Positions 15,452-25,444 of a stretch of 64,000 nucleotides of DNA are shown one piece after another; position 1 is the stretch's first letter, and every line of letters begins with the position of its first letter. Origin of the DNA: a virus. The notes beneath the pieces are model-generated. The model had not been told where the DNA came from and did no database searches. It was given only the letters and a program-made list of their open reading frames with translations. A program made the translations under genes and the position numbers. The DNA is taken from positions 20,524 through 84,523 of the IMG/VR virus record IMGVR_UViG_3300013132_000036; one strand, 5' to 3'.

Positions 15452-15915
15452 TAATTATTTCTAACAGCACCAGATCTTAAATACTCCTCCAGTGCTATTC
15501 TGCTTTTCACCCCGTATAACATGTGATCCACAGTTTTCATAGTTTCATTAAAGAAATAAATCTGGCCATCAACTAGGTCCATCCTTTCTTTTAATTCAGA
15601 TAGATCTCCCTCTATTAAAGGGGTCTTTTCATTTGCTCCATATTTAACTTGAACAGATTCCGAATAATATCTAAGTCTTTCAGCTTTATCTTTTCTATAC
15701 TTAGCATTAAGCTTTACCATAACCTGTCCTAGCTTTGAATACATTTCCAATAGAACCTGCCTACTAGAATATAGATCAACTTGAACCTCAGCTAACTCTT
15801 TTATATTTTTCATCCGAATAGAGAGAGTCCTTATTTTCTCCGTCCATTCTTCCCTTTCCAACTGGAAATCTCTAGCGAAATCCTTCTTATCTACATTAGG
15901 CTGTTGCTCTGACAT
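15448..15915 (-). CDS. uvsY: Recombination mediator, UvsY-like
   Basis: 155-aa helical protein directly upstream of uvsW as in T4; C-terminal MKTVDHMLYGVKSRIALEEY. Confidence 0.6.
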   Translation of the reverse strand: MSEQQPNVDKKDFARDFQLEREEWTEKIRTLSIRMKNIKELAEVQVDLYSSRQVLLEMYSKLGQVMVKLNAKYRKDKAERLRYYSESVQVKYGANEKTPLIEGDLSELKERMDLVDGQIYFFNETMKTVDHMLYGVKSRIALEEYLRSGAVRNNY

Positions 15916-16100
15916 TTATTATTTTTTTTATTTTTAGATATTTCTTTCACTTCAGAACTTATCTTACTTTTTAGTTTAGGAATTGAAAAGTTTTCAGAAA
16001 CATCAAATTCGGGTAGCTCTAAATCCCCTTTAATATCTATAGGAAATTTTATCTTATTATTATTTTTTTTAGGCTTTTTCATATATCTATAATATCCCAT
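15891..16100 (-). CDS. Small basic hypothetical protein
   Basis: About 63 aa from the likely start MKKPKK; overlaps both neighbours. Confidence 0.45.
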   Translation of the reverse strand: MGYYRYMKKPKKNNNKIKFPIDIKGDLELPEFDVSENFSIPKLKSKISSEVKEISKNKKNNKCQSNSLM

Positions 16101-17152
16101 TTATCAGAGGAGAAGAAATTATCCAATCTTTTTATTTTCTTTCCTGTGGATCTAACATAGTTAACTACATCATTCAAATCCCATTTATCTCTCTCTGGCA
16201 AATCGCACTCTTTTATGAATCTACCCCAAAGAAAAACTTGTTCACCTTTTTCTAGGAATTCTCTAGCTTTTTGTCTACCAACATCATCACCGTCCAACAT
16301 CCATCTCTTATTACCAACATCAAAAGGAAATGGGTTGTTTATAGAACACAATGCTATTGCATTAGGACAGAGCCAAGCATCTAAAGGCCCCTCGAATGTT
16401 GTTATCATGGAGTCCAAATCAACTGTAGAAAATCCAAATACACTAGATATAGGATCAACCTCCTCAGCTTTTAATATTGTTTCTGGCTCCGTTATTTTTA
16501 GAAGATTCTTGTATATCCCACTAAGCTTGTAGGTGTAATATTTACTTCCTCCATTCTTTTTTGCTACTGGCCTAATTTGGAGGCCAAGTACTTTGGTCTC
16601 GTCTCCAGACAGATTTAATAAATATAAATTCCTTCGAGAAGGATCCCAAAGAAATTTAGAATCCGGTATATGATTTCTTTGGAGCAACCACTTTTCTCCA
16701 TAAGTTCCTGGTAGTTCTATTAGATCTAATTTATTCTTTAGATCCTCTCGGTCAACCAATATTTCCTTGTAATTTTCAGCAAAGAAATAATCTAATGAAT
16801 TTCTTATTTTCTTCCTTATGGTCGAATCCCTAGATATCTGAGCTATTTCTGATATCTCGTCAGAAGAAAGCATAGATTGTATTTCAAAATCTCTAGTTAA
16901 TTGATTGAGATTTTTAAAAATACCGCATCCTCCATTATAACATTTGTAGGTTAAAGTGTCTAGATATAGATTTCCTCTTTTCTTCTTAGCGTCTTTGGAA
17001 TCGCCACAATAGGGGCAACAGAAATTTAATCTATTGCCCCCTTGGTAAATTTTTAATCTATAAGGATCATTACCAAAGAACTTAAGTAGAGCGGAAGATA
17101 CTATTCCTTTTACTCTATCTACTGATAGTCCACTTAAAGCCTTCGATTCCAT
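16079..17152 (-). CDS. gp61: DNA primase, T4 gp61-like
   Basis: Zn finger NFCCPYCGDS...YKCYNGGC; TOPRIM FEGPLDA, MLDGDDVG, KWDLND. Confidence 0.9.
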   Translation of the reverse strand: MESKALSGLSVDRVKGIVSSALLKFFGNDPYRLKIYQGGNRLNFCCPYCGDSKDAKKKRGNLYLDTLTYKCYNGGCGIFKNLNQLTRDFEIQSMLSSDEISEIAQISRDSTIRKKIRNSLDYFFAENYKEILVDREDLKNKLDLIELPGTYGEKWLLQRNHIPDSKFLWDPSRRNLYLLNLSGDETKVLGLQIRPVAKKNGGSKYYTYKLSGIYKNLLKITEPETILKAEEVDPISSVFGFSTVDLDSMITTFEGPLDAWLCPNAIALCSINNPFPFDVGNKRWMLDGDDVGRQKAREFLEKGEQVFLWGRFIKECDLPERDKWDLNDVVNYVRSTGKKIKRLDNFFSSDKWDIIDI

Positions 17153-17172
17153 AACAATCCATTATTATTTTA

Positions 17173-18144
17173 TTATAGATCGTTATAAAGATCGTCTAAA
17201 GACGGTGCTGACTTTTTAGGTGAGGATTTAGCAGGTTTTGCTGGAGCTTCCTCAACATCATCATCATCATCAGATGTTGATGTAGTTGATCTTGAATTAG
17301 CTTGCTCGTAAAAATCATCCGCAGAAACAGAAGGATCTGAAGATGTTTTAGAATCTGAGCTAGATCCAATAATCTCAGAAACCATTCTTCCGTCAGGAAT
17401 AGTGTTTCTAATAATTCTCATGATTTTTTCAGACTCTTCATCAGACCAATCATTGTAATCATACTTATCAAGATCCAATGGACCAGTTTTTAAATATTTA
17501 GTTACAACATCTCTACCTGATTCTGTTTTTTCGACTGCTTCTCCATTAATCATTATTGGCATTTTGTCTCCAACAAACTGACATAGATCATAGTTGTTCC
17601 ATTCGCCAACTTTTCTTACTTGAATACCGAAATTTTTACCTTCGAATAAATCGTAAGGATTAGATGGATTACCAAATTCTGGTTTGATCTGTTGTTCGAT
17701 AAGATCGTTAACTTTTCTACCAAATTTAAAAATCATGATCTTACCTTCAAGATCTGGACGATTTGAGTCTTTAACTACCTGAATCAAAGAATAGAAATCT
17801 TCTTTTCTAGAGAAAGATTTAGAAATTTCTTGATCCTTAGCAGAAGGGGAATTCTTAAGCTTCCAGAAAAGATCTTTAAGAATTGATTTTTTGCCTACTG
17901 TAGATGGACAAATAGCTTTATGGTTTGTACCATCTACTGGGTCTTTTAACCAAACGTAGTATTGGTGGATTTTTGATTTTTTTGGGTTTGTGATGTTTGG
18001 TAAAAATCTAACCAAAGATTTATAAACCCCGTCCTTACCTAATTCAGGATAAGGTTTATAGAGGAATTCGTCCTCCTCTTTTTTAACTTCTTGTTTAACA
18101 AATGCCTCATTGTCCAAATTAAAAATGTCGAAATTTTCTTCCAT
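17173..18144 (-). CDS. gp32: Single-stranded DNA-binding protein, T4 gp32-like
   Basis: LVRFLP, CPSTVG, VVKD...EGKIMIFKFG, NPYDLFEGKNF, NYD; acidic tail ending LDDLYNDL. Confidence 0.9.
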   Translation of the reverse strand: MEENFDIFNLDNEAFVKQEVKKEEDEFLYKPYPELGKDGVYKSLVRFLPNITNPKKSKIHQYYVWLKDPVDGTNHKAICPSTVGKKSILKDLFWKLKNSPSAKDQEISKSFSRKEDFYSLIQVVKDSNRPDLEGKIMIFKFGRKVNDLIEQQIKPEFGNPSNPYDLFEGKNFGIQVRKVGEWNNYDLCQFVGDKMPIMINGEAVEKTESGRDVVTKYLKTGPLDLDKYDYNDWSDEESEKIMRIIRNTIPDGRMVSEIIGSSSDSKTSSDPSVSADDFYEQANSRSTTSTSDDDDDVEEAPAKPAKSSPKKSAPSLDDLYNDL

Positions 18145-18184
18145 GATACTTAAATTATTTAAATTATTACTTATTATTTAATAC

Positions 18185-18871
18185 TTATACCTTCTTACCA
18201 GATAAAAGTTTCTCTAAATTTTCCTCAACGAATAAAGATATCCAAGTCGCATCAACTAAATCTGAACAAGGACCATCTACTTTATTAGATCCCTTGATCC
18301 ATGAATCCTTATATTCTTTTAAAACGTCCAAAAATGGTTTAAGTCTTAAATCTCCAATTCTTTTCTCTATTAATGTATTATATAGTTCATCTTTCTTTGA
18401 GTTTCCCTTTAATGCGTATTTCTTAATAGTAGTTGGGGAAAGAACAAAGAAGTTATTAGGATCTATTATTTTAACTATAGCAGACCTTACTAATGCAGTA
18501 GTCATTGAAATATCTATTAGTGAATTACCAGACGACCCGAAGGATAATCCTTCCATACCAACTATGGTATTTTCATCAAGATAAGGATTAAGTAGATCCA
18601 TCACTAGGTCGGAGAAATAGACAGCATTTAAAATCTTTTCCCTCTCCTTTATGTGATACTCCCCCGTAAATTCTTTCTTTGATACTATGTTTATTGAAAT
18701 GTTGTTATTATCATTTAGAACTTTAAAAGGAGATCCTTCTTTTTTTAGCATCTTGTCGATGATGTTGGTTGTTCTGTGTAAGCTTATCCAATTACAACTA
18801 TTCTCAGTCAATATTGAAAATCCTGGTGAATTCAATGAAAAATCTATTCCTATTATTCTATCCGATTTCAA
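18185..18871 (-). CDS. RuvC-like (RNase H fold) Holliday junction resolvase
   Basis: IIGIDFSLNSPG, VGMEGLSFGS, SPTTIKK, DLVDA. Confidence 0.8.
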   Translation of the reverse strand: MKSDRIIGIDFSLNSPGFSILTENSCNWISLHRTTNIIDKMLKKEGSPFKVLNDNNNISINIVSKKEFTGEYHIKEREKILNAVYFSDLVMDLLNPYLDENTIVGMEGLSFGSSGNSLIDISMTTALVRSAIVKIIDPNNFFVLSPTTIKKYALKGNSKKDELYNTLIEKRIGDLRLKPFLDVLKEYKDSWIKGSNKVDGPCSDLVDATWISLFVEENLEKLLSGKKV

Positions 18872-19409
18872 GATTGAGATTAATGTAATTGCATTTAAAT
18901 CCTATACTAAAAGTTGAGAATTGTGGAGTAGTACTTGCATAGTTTAATTGTATCTCCGACAACGAAGTATATATCGGTTGTTGTAAAAGAACACTAGCCA
19001 TAACTACACCATCGTTATCTAAAAGCAACAATCTGAAATCTGGAAGATACTCATTAGGATTTTGGAAGTCTAGAAATTTTATAATATTCTCATACAAAAC
19101 CCAATAGTTTATAAATCCCTCACCAAGCTTAAATGTAACGGTGAAATCTCTCTGTATTAAATTTTGAAGAGTTGTTGCACTTTTATACGATTGTTTAAAA
19201 CCGCCAGGCCTAACTTGTTCTACTGAATCTATAGTTCTTAGTGTTGGAAAATTAACCTGTTGTATTGTAGAGTTTATAAAGCTATCTACTGTATCATAAG
19301 GAATAGGCATCCTATTGATATACTTTTCATATTTTTCAACGACTTCTGGTAAAATAAATCCCTTAGGAAATGAAAATATAAAGCCGTTTTGCCTGACATT
19401 TAAAATCAT
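18858..19409 (-). CDS. Tail-tube-fold protein (gp19/gp3/gp54-like)
   Basis: IQQVNFP...FTVTFKL.E.FINY...TSLSEIQLNY...TFSIGF pattern and size (183 aa). Confidence 0.5.
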   Translation of the reverse strand: MILNVRQNGFIFSFPKGFILPEVVEKYEKYINRMPIPYDTVDSFINSTIQQVNFPTLRTIDSVEQVRPGGFKQSYKSATTLQNLIQRDFTVTFKLGEGFINYWVLYENIIKFLDFQNPNEYLPDFRLLLLDNDGVVMASVLLQQPIYTSLSEIQLNYASTTPQFSTFSIGFKCNYINLNLEIG

Positions 19410-21739
19410 TTATTAGGATTATTTTTAACCGAATTAGGATCATCAGTAACTGGGAATCCTAAAGCGTTACAGTATTGTATGTATATTTTATTAAATGCTC
19501 CATTTTCTAGTTTAGGGTGAACTTGAAGAGCTGCTGTTAAGAACTGAGCTGCTTTAAGTCCCTTAAATAAATTAGCACCTGGCGCTCCTGGTGTGAAATA
19601 ATAATTAACCACCTTCTGTACATTTAACCCTTGGGATTCTCTTCCTGATATAGAATCTGCCAAAGCATCTATGTTTATATTATTTGACTGAATGCTGCTT
19701 TTTAAAGGAGTAGTAGTTTCTCCTTTTCCTGTTTTTACAAAACCGCCAGTGGTGTTTATTAGGGATGCTGGTTTAACACTGAGGATAGAACTACTTCCTA
19801 GAGGATAAGGTTTTTTAATGTTGATTTGTTTTGTCAAAGGAACTTTGGAAGCTATTTGATTTCCTTCAGATGTAGTAGCTCCAGTTGTTCCGGTTGATCC
19901 TGTGACTGCTACATCAGTTGTGGTAACAACAGCAGACCCAGTAACACCACCGGTGGCTGCAGTAACTTCTCCTACAGTAACACTAGTTCTTGCTATAAAT
20001 TCTGCTTGTGTTTCCCAAGATCCCGAATATAGCTTAGTCTCTGTTCCGTCCGGTGTTTTTGTTATAATATAAAAATCTCTAGAGGTAAATCCTAAAACTT
20101 TTTTAGAATTAGTGTCTACCACTTTAAATGCTATCTGACCAGCGGAAGGATTAGACACAGTGGATTTGTTTTTTATATTTTCGACTCTTACACTCTGTCC
20201 GCTGCTATCAAGAAAAACAAGATAGTAACTTAAAGACGTTCCTAAATCTATTATCTCGGGAGATGTACCTTCTTTGTAATTATAAACTGTAAACTTATAG
20301 AAGTTGTCAAATGGGTCAACGACTATTTTTCCCTTACCCTGTCCAGATATTTGAGTTGCACCAGGGACTGATGTCTCAGATATTAAATCTCCGTTTCTAT
20401 CTATTACAAGTGTTTCTTTTGTTATTGATATGTTGTTATCCTTATAAAAGACAGGAATTCTTTTTTCTATAGGAGCAGCAGGATTAGGCATAACACCACC
20501 CGACACAACGTTTGGTGCTTGAATTATTTTATTATAGACCTTCTGTGAATAAGCTCCAGTAGTAAGAGAGATGACGTTGTTTTCTTTTCCGTATTTATTT
20601 ACATCAAAAGAACTAATAGAGGATCTTCTGATTATTTGATTCTGATTCCCCTTGTTAACTAATCTCATAGTGTAATTAACTAGGAAAGAAGTTGTCAAAG
20701 GATTTATAAGAATAGGCCTAAATATGTTAGGTGCATTAAAATCTTGTGTCTGAGTGTTACTAAAGTTATAAGTTGTAATGTATGTTAGTCCAACTTGTTC
20801 TTTCACCTCTATCTCGTTTATTACATAATAAATGTTGCCAACTTTACCTTCTGCATTTAAGAAATCCTCTAAAAAATTTCCATCCCAAGTTGGATAAAAT
20901 TCCAGATAGTTATAGAATTGATTTTGTTGGATAACAGCAGCTAAGGAAGAAAAATTATCCTTAGGTATTACAGAAAGAGAGCTTCTTAACTGTGCTATAT
21001 AATTTTCATATCCATTTTTAAGAACTGACTGTGTTATCTCATATAGAGACACATTTATCGGAGCGTCCTTTAAAAACCCGTTTCCGTCCGATGATATCTT
21101 AGCTGCTAGAGTGTTTGCTTGTGCCGGTGTGTTTGCTAGTATATCAAACTCATAAACCATGTTAGCATAAGCAGGAATCTTTACCTCTATGTAATGATCA
21201 TAAAGAGCACCACCTAAATAGATAGGATTAGGATTAAGAACCACAGAAGAAGTATCAGATTTAGTGATTAATCTCTGAAATATAGTTGCTTTCTTTCCAG
21301 TTCTCTCTTGGAACTCGCCCTTTATTATAATACCATCTATGTTTTCGAAATTGTATCCTGCTACTATATGGAATTTTATAGTGTCATAATAAACACCTAT
21401 GTTGGAAGGAAATACTACAGGTAAATTGTTTACTGAAGTTAATTTAGGATCAGTGTCTAGATAAGGAACTAAATAATCCTGATCTAAAGTTACAAATCGA
21501 TTTTTGTCGGTTTGAACAACACTAAGATCCCTTACGTTTCCTGTTGTGAATTCTGATGCTGGGTTATTTAATATCTGGACAGAATTATTGAAATAGCCAT
21601 TAACAATTTTCTCGTATCCTATAGCAGGATTACCTGTGTTAACATAGTAAATTTCAGGAGTTGGTGCAGTCGTGTAGTCATACTCCATTAATAAGTAACT
21701 ACCGAATTTTATAAATCTTTCTGTCGAGGTATAAGCCAT
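19406..21739 (-). CDS. Virion structural protein (unassigned)
   Basis: 777 aa beta-rich, T/G linker; GATATATA 4 nt upstream. Confidence 0.55.
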   Translation of the reverse strand: MAYTSTERFIKFGSYLLMEYDYTTAPTPEIYYVNTGNPAIGYEKIVNGYFNNSVQILNNPASEFTTGNVRDLSVVQTDKNRFVTLDQDYLVPYLDTDPKLTSVNNLPVVFPSNIGVYYDTIKFHIVAGYNFENIDGIIIKGEFQERTGKKATIFQRLITKSDTSSVVLNPNPIYLGGALYDHYIEVKIPAYANMVYEFDILANTPAQANTLAAKISSDGNGFLKDAPINVSLYEITQSVLKNGYENYIAQLRSSLSVIPKDNFSSLAAVIQQNQFYNYLEFYPTWDGNFLEDFLNAEGKVGNIYYVINEIEVKEQVGLTYITTYNFSNTQTQDFNAPNIFRPILINPLTTSFLVNYTMRLVNKGNQNQIIRRSSISSFDVNKYGKENNVISLTTGAYSQKVYNKIIQAPNVVSGGVMPNPAAPIEKRIPVFYKDNNISITKETLVIDRNGDLISETSVPGATQISGQGKGKIVVDPFDNFYKFTVYNYKEGTSPEIIDLGTSLSYYLVFLDSSGQSVRVENIKNKSTVSNPSAGQIAFKVVDTNSKKVLGFTSRDFYIITKTPDGTETKLYSGSWETQAEFIARTSVTVGEVTAATGGVTGSAVVTTTDVAVTGSTGTTGATTSEGNQIASKVPLTKQINIKKPYPLGSSSILSVKPASLINTTGGFVKTGKGETTTPLKSSIQSNNINIDALADSISGRESQGLNVQKVVNYYFTPGAPGANLFKGLKAAQFLTAALQVHPKLENGAFNKIYIQYCNALGFPVTDDPNSVKNNPNK

Positions 21740-21743
21740 GATT

Positions 21744-21751
21744 TATATATC
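21744..21751 (-). promoter_or_regulatory. Candidate late promoter GATATATA
   Basis: 4 nt upstream of ATG 21739. Confidence 0.55.
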
Positions 21752-21753
21752 CC

Positions 21754-22551
21754 TTAAAATTTGATGATAGAATATTGTATACCCACCCCTATATTAAACA
21801 TCGCACCAGCAATAGGTTTTCCATTCAAGCCGTATCCTGCTCCTAAACCGACTCCCACATAAGGACCCACAGAGAATTTCTTATTAGGGAACATGTTCTT
21901 TAAAACAGTAGATTTATAAGGATCAATAATAGCTCCCTCGATATCAGTTATCTTCATTCCTGGATATTTAGGAGTTACAAAAATTTCTAAAGATTTATCT
22001 TTTTCCCTTAATCCAGTCACAAAAGAAAATCCCATTTCGTCTTCATTTATTCTGGTTGCACCTGGAGTCACTTTATTAGTAACAGAATCTATTTTAAAAA
22101 AGCTATTTCCTGAAAATTTTCTATAGTTATTTGCAGAGAATGTAGTGTCAAATTTCCAATCAAGACTATAACTTCCATCAGGATAAACAGTCAGATAATT
22201 ATTAACATATTGTGTGTCAGTCTCGACAACTGTTTCAACATCGTGTATGACAATAACATCACCCTTAACCTTTTTAAGCTCATCCGCAAGATTCTTATTT
22301 AAATCCTCCAGATTTTTCTTAGAAGCAAGAAGTGTTTTTCTAACATACATGTCTTCTCCTGCTTTGTTCTTTTGGAGTCTTACAGTGTCTTTTAGTGCAT
22401 CTAAATTATGATTCTGTATAAACATCTGGGACTTAAGGTCTGCGTTGCTACTACACTGTCTAAATAGCAATAGAAGCAATATTGAAATAGCTGCAACAAG
22501 CACTATATCCTTTCTTTTAAGAATTTTGGTAATTAAAGATTCTTCTTTCAT
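21754..22551 (-). CDS. Membrane-anchored coiled-coil protein with C-terminal beta-hairpin; spanin-like candidate
   Basis: N-terminal TM IVLVAAISILLLLLFRQC, coiled coil, C-terminal FSVGPYVGVGLGAGY...FNIGVGIQYSIIKF. Confidence 0.5.
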   Translation of the reverse strand: MKEESLITKILKRKDIVLVAAISILLLLLFRQCSSNADLKSQMFIQNHNLDALKDTVRLQKNKAGEDMYVRKTLLASKKNLEDLNKNLADELKKVKGDVIVIHDVETVVETDTQYVNNYLTVYPDGSYSLDWKFDTTFSANNYRKFSGNSFFKIDSVTNKVTPGATRINEDEMGFSFVTGLREKDKSLEIFVTPKYPGMKITDIEGAIIDPYKSTVLKNMFPNKKFSVGPYVGVGLGAGYGLNGKPIAGAMFNIGVGIQYSIIKF

Positions 22552-22738
22552 CTTCTCTTGTTTTATTTAATAGATCTACCGTCTCAATTGTTTTTCTTTT
22601 TAGATCTTCCAATTTTTGATCATTTTCTAATAGATCTTTCTTATCTTTTAAATGCTTCTCTATCTCCATTTCTAATTTATTCAGATCATTGTGTAAATCA
22701 GAATATTTTTGTATGAACATCACTTTAATATTTTCCAT
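22517..22738 (-). CDS. Small coiled-coil hypothetical protein
   Basis: 73 aa, heptad-like K/E/L pattern. Confidence 0.55.
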   Translation of the reverse strand: MENIKVMFIQKYSDLHNDLNKLEMEIEKHLKDKKDLLENDQKLEDLKRKTIETVDLLNKTREDERRIFNYQNS

Positions 22739-22740
22739 TT

Positions 22741-25401
22741 TTATGCTACTTCTTGTACTATAAAATTAAGTGTTGCTGTACCAGCACCAAGTCCAGCAAA
22801 AATAAACTGGCATGTAGTAGTACTAACTGCACCATAAGGGAAAACTCCTATATTAGCATTAGTTGGTGTACCAGAATAAACACTACCTAATACAACTAAT
22901 TCACTAGTAGAAAATGCAGTAGTAAAAGTTATCTGTACCCTTGCAGTATTTAATCCGGAAGCAACCATACTGGCGGTAAATCCACTACCACTTACTATAG
23001 TAACCGGATTAGACCCATTCATATTACAAGTAATTACCCCCGATATTATTTTTTTAATAGGTGTTCCACCTGATCCCACTGTTAATGCTCCTCCAGTTAT
23101 TGTATTATTCCCGTTGATTGTAACATCCCCTGTGACGCCAATATCTCCAGTAACCCCAATATCTCCAGTAACCCCAATATCTCCAGTAACCCCAATATTA
23201 CCTTTAGCTTTGATAGCATAATCAGAACCAGCCCCAGAAACACCTATAGCTGATGTATAATCTATTGACTGTCCTATCGATATATTTGTACCTAAATTAG
23301 AAACGAAGAATCCTGTAGTGTTTGCTGCAGTTACTGGTGATGTTCCAGTTGATGCACCTACCGCAATAGCAACGGAGTCATTAGCACTAGGACCAGTAGA
23401 CGGATTAAGCGGAACAATAGAAGTTATCTCTATACCATTCGGGTAATTGTTTACCGAAAGCCCAGAGGCAAATGTTCCTTTACCAATAGAAGATGTTGTG
23501 GAATATAAATTTCTATGTATTTTTAGTAAAGAATTTCCACCCACTGCAGCATTGTTTCCAGTTGCACCAAGATTAAATAAAGAACGAGGATCATCAGTAC
23601 CAATTGTTTGTACCCCAGTAACATATAAGCTGTGATTAGCTCTATTATTAGCTCTGTATGTTGCGCCAGTTAGAGAAGCTAATTCTGGAGATAGGTTTGA
23701 ATTAACACCAATAGAAACCCCTCCTGTTGTACTTCCAGAAGCACCATAAATCGATAGCAAAGAACTATTTATAGTTCCCATGATAATAGTGTTTCCTCCA
23801 CCAGTACCATTGGCCATAATTTCTAATCTCTTATTAGAATTTTTAGTTTCTATAAGAGTTCTATATGCTGCGCTAGAATAATTATAAACCCCACCATTTA
23901 CAAATGTTGTAATTGAAAAAACCGGACCAGAAGCACCTGCATTAGAAACATTAGATATCTTTTGTGTGTAATTTATTAAAGGCTGATTAAAACCACCCAA
24001 GTTGTATCCAGTTCCAGCAAAAAATTCTTGAACTATGCTAGGCCCTGTTCCAGAACTATCAAAGATGCCGTCACCTATTGTTGTTCTAGGAGAATAATTA
24101 GCACCTTTAGTTTTTATTTGTAATCCTGGACCATAATTAGGGGAGGTAACGAATAATTGTGGATATCTTCCAGCTAACTCTGAAGGTCCCGTTGTTTGTA
24201 ATCCGCCGGAGCTATCTCCGGTAGGATTATTGTACCCTACCATTGCATGTCCATTAACAAAAAGAACACCTAAATTATAATTAGGGGTTCCGGATTCTCC
24301 TACAAATAAAGAAGATGTGTGAGGTGATGATCCTGTACCTATACTTGCGTTTCCGTTTACTGCCAATCTTCTATTATCAACAGAAGCACCGACGTGTTTA
24401 AACTCACCAGTTCCTAATCCTACACCTAATCCGGTAGAATTAGCAAAAACAGGAGCAAAAGATTGATTAGTAGGTGTGGACGTGTTATTAGAGAGTTCTA
24501 AAAATCCCCCATTAGAACTAGCATCTATAAAAGTTCCTTTATTAACTGAAGATGTCTTAAGTAAGATATTATCACTGGATGAAGTTGCAGTTATTTCACT
24601 ACTGCTTAGCATGTTTATACCAGACTCGGCAGTTGCTCCATTTGATACTATACCTATTGATCCCTTGGGATTTACAAAGCTAAGATTATAAAATCCTAAT
24701 CCTGCTCCAGTAGACCCCGATGGGTTAACTGAAAGGTCCCAAGAAAAATATGGGTTGTACAAACTTCCAGTTGATCCAGATCCACTCGGGCTTATATCGA
24801 AAGTAGATCTAGCAAAGCTTATTAGCTTTGTTCTGTCATCTTTAGTAGCAATCTTTAGCTTTGCATTTTCGAAGTTTAGATTGTCTATTGCAGTTCCACC
24901 AGGGGTATACTCAGTAATTGTAGAATCAGATAACACCAATCCTTTATCTCCTGCAGTCGCACCTGCTAGTAATATGGCTTGTGCAGTAGCTCCCCCAATT
25001 ATATCAATAGGTGTTACTTTCTGAAATAAATCTCCCGCGTTTAATCCATATCCGGTATTAACCCATCCAGTAGCAGTAAAAACATAAATATCCTGATTTG
25101 CAGAATCTGGATCTAGCCAGTAATCTCCTAAAGTTGGAAAAGTCCAAGGATTTGATCCGGTAATCCCACCAGAGGCAGGAGATGTGTCTTGTACAAACCA
25201 TTTGGTTCCTGAAGGTCCCTGAACTCCTTGAACCCCCTGAGGTCCCTGAGGTCCAATGGGTCCAGTAGGACCTATCAATCCTTGAGCTCCTTGTGGTCCT
25301 CCGCCTGCACTAAGTATTTGGTCAAAGTTATAATTTAATTTATCAACTATGGTAGACTGATTGTCTCCCTGTAAAATATTTAGTATATTAATCTGTGGCA
25401 T
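22741..25401 (-). CDS. Tail fibre / appendage protein with a collagen segment
   Basis: N-terminal GD...KLNYNF anchor motif, about ten Gly-X-Y triplets, GDYWLD, G/S/T-rich shaft, IGVTGD repeats, C-terminal putative receptor-binding domain. Confidence 0.75.
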   Translation of the reverse strand: MPQINILNILQGDNQSTIVDKLNYNFDQILSAGGGPQGAQGLIGPTGPIGPQGPQGVQGVQGPSGTKWFVQDTSPASGGITGSNPWTFPTLGDYWLDPDSANQDIYVFTATGWVNTGYGLNAGDLFQKVTPIDIIGGATAQAILLAGATAGDKGLVLSDSTITEYTPGGTAIDNLNFENAKLKIATKDDRTKLISFARSTFDISPSGSGSTGSLYNPYFSWDLSVNPSGSTGAGLGFYNLSFVNPKGSIGIVSNGATAESGINMLSSSEITATSSSDNILLKTSSVNKGTFIDASSNGGFLELSNNTSTPTNQSFAPVFANSTGLGVGLGTGEFKHVGASVDNRRLAVNGNASIGTGSSPHTSSLFVGESGTPNYNLGVLFVNGHAMVGYNNPTGDSSGGLQTTGPSELAGRYPQLFVTSPNYGPGLQIKTKGANYSPRTTIGDGIFDSSGTGPSIVQEFFAGTGYNLGGFNQPLINYTQKISNVSNAGASGPVFSITTFVNGGVYNYSSAAYRTLIETKNSNKRLEIMANGTGGGNTIIMGTINSSLLSIYGASGSTTGGVSIGVNSNLSPELASLTGATYRANNRANHSLYVTGVQTIGTDDPRSLFNLGATGNNAAVGGNSLLKIHRNLYSTTSSIGKGTFASGLSVNNYPNGIEITSIVPLNPSTGPSANDSVAIAVGASTGTSPVTAANTTGFFVSNLGTNISIGQSIDYTSAIGVSGAGSDYAIKAKGNIGVTGDIGVTGDIGVTGDIGVTGDVTINGNNTITGGALTVGSGGTPIKKIISGVITCNMNGSNPVTIVSGSGFTASMVASGLNTARVQITFTTAFSTSELVVLGSVYSGTPTNANIGVFPYGAVSTTTCQFIFAGLGAGTATLNFIVQEVA
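23123..23194. repeat. 18-bp in-frame tandem repeat encoding IGVTGD
   Basis: ATATCTCCAGTAACCCCA x3 identical (23141-23194) plus one degenerate copy (23123-23140). Confidence 0.9.
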
Positions 25402-25419
25402 CTCTTTTTATAGTTACAT

Positions 25420-25427
25420 TATATATC
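25420..25427 (-). promoter_or_regulatory. Candidate late promoter GATATATA
   Basis: 18 nt upstream of the tail fibre ATG 25401. Confidence 0.55.
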
Positions 25428-25444
25428 AAAAATCCGTCCCTCTA

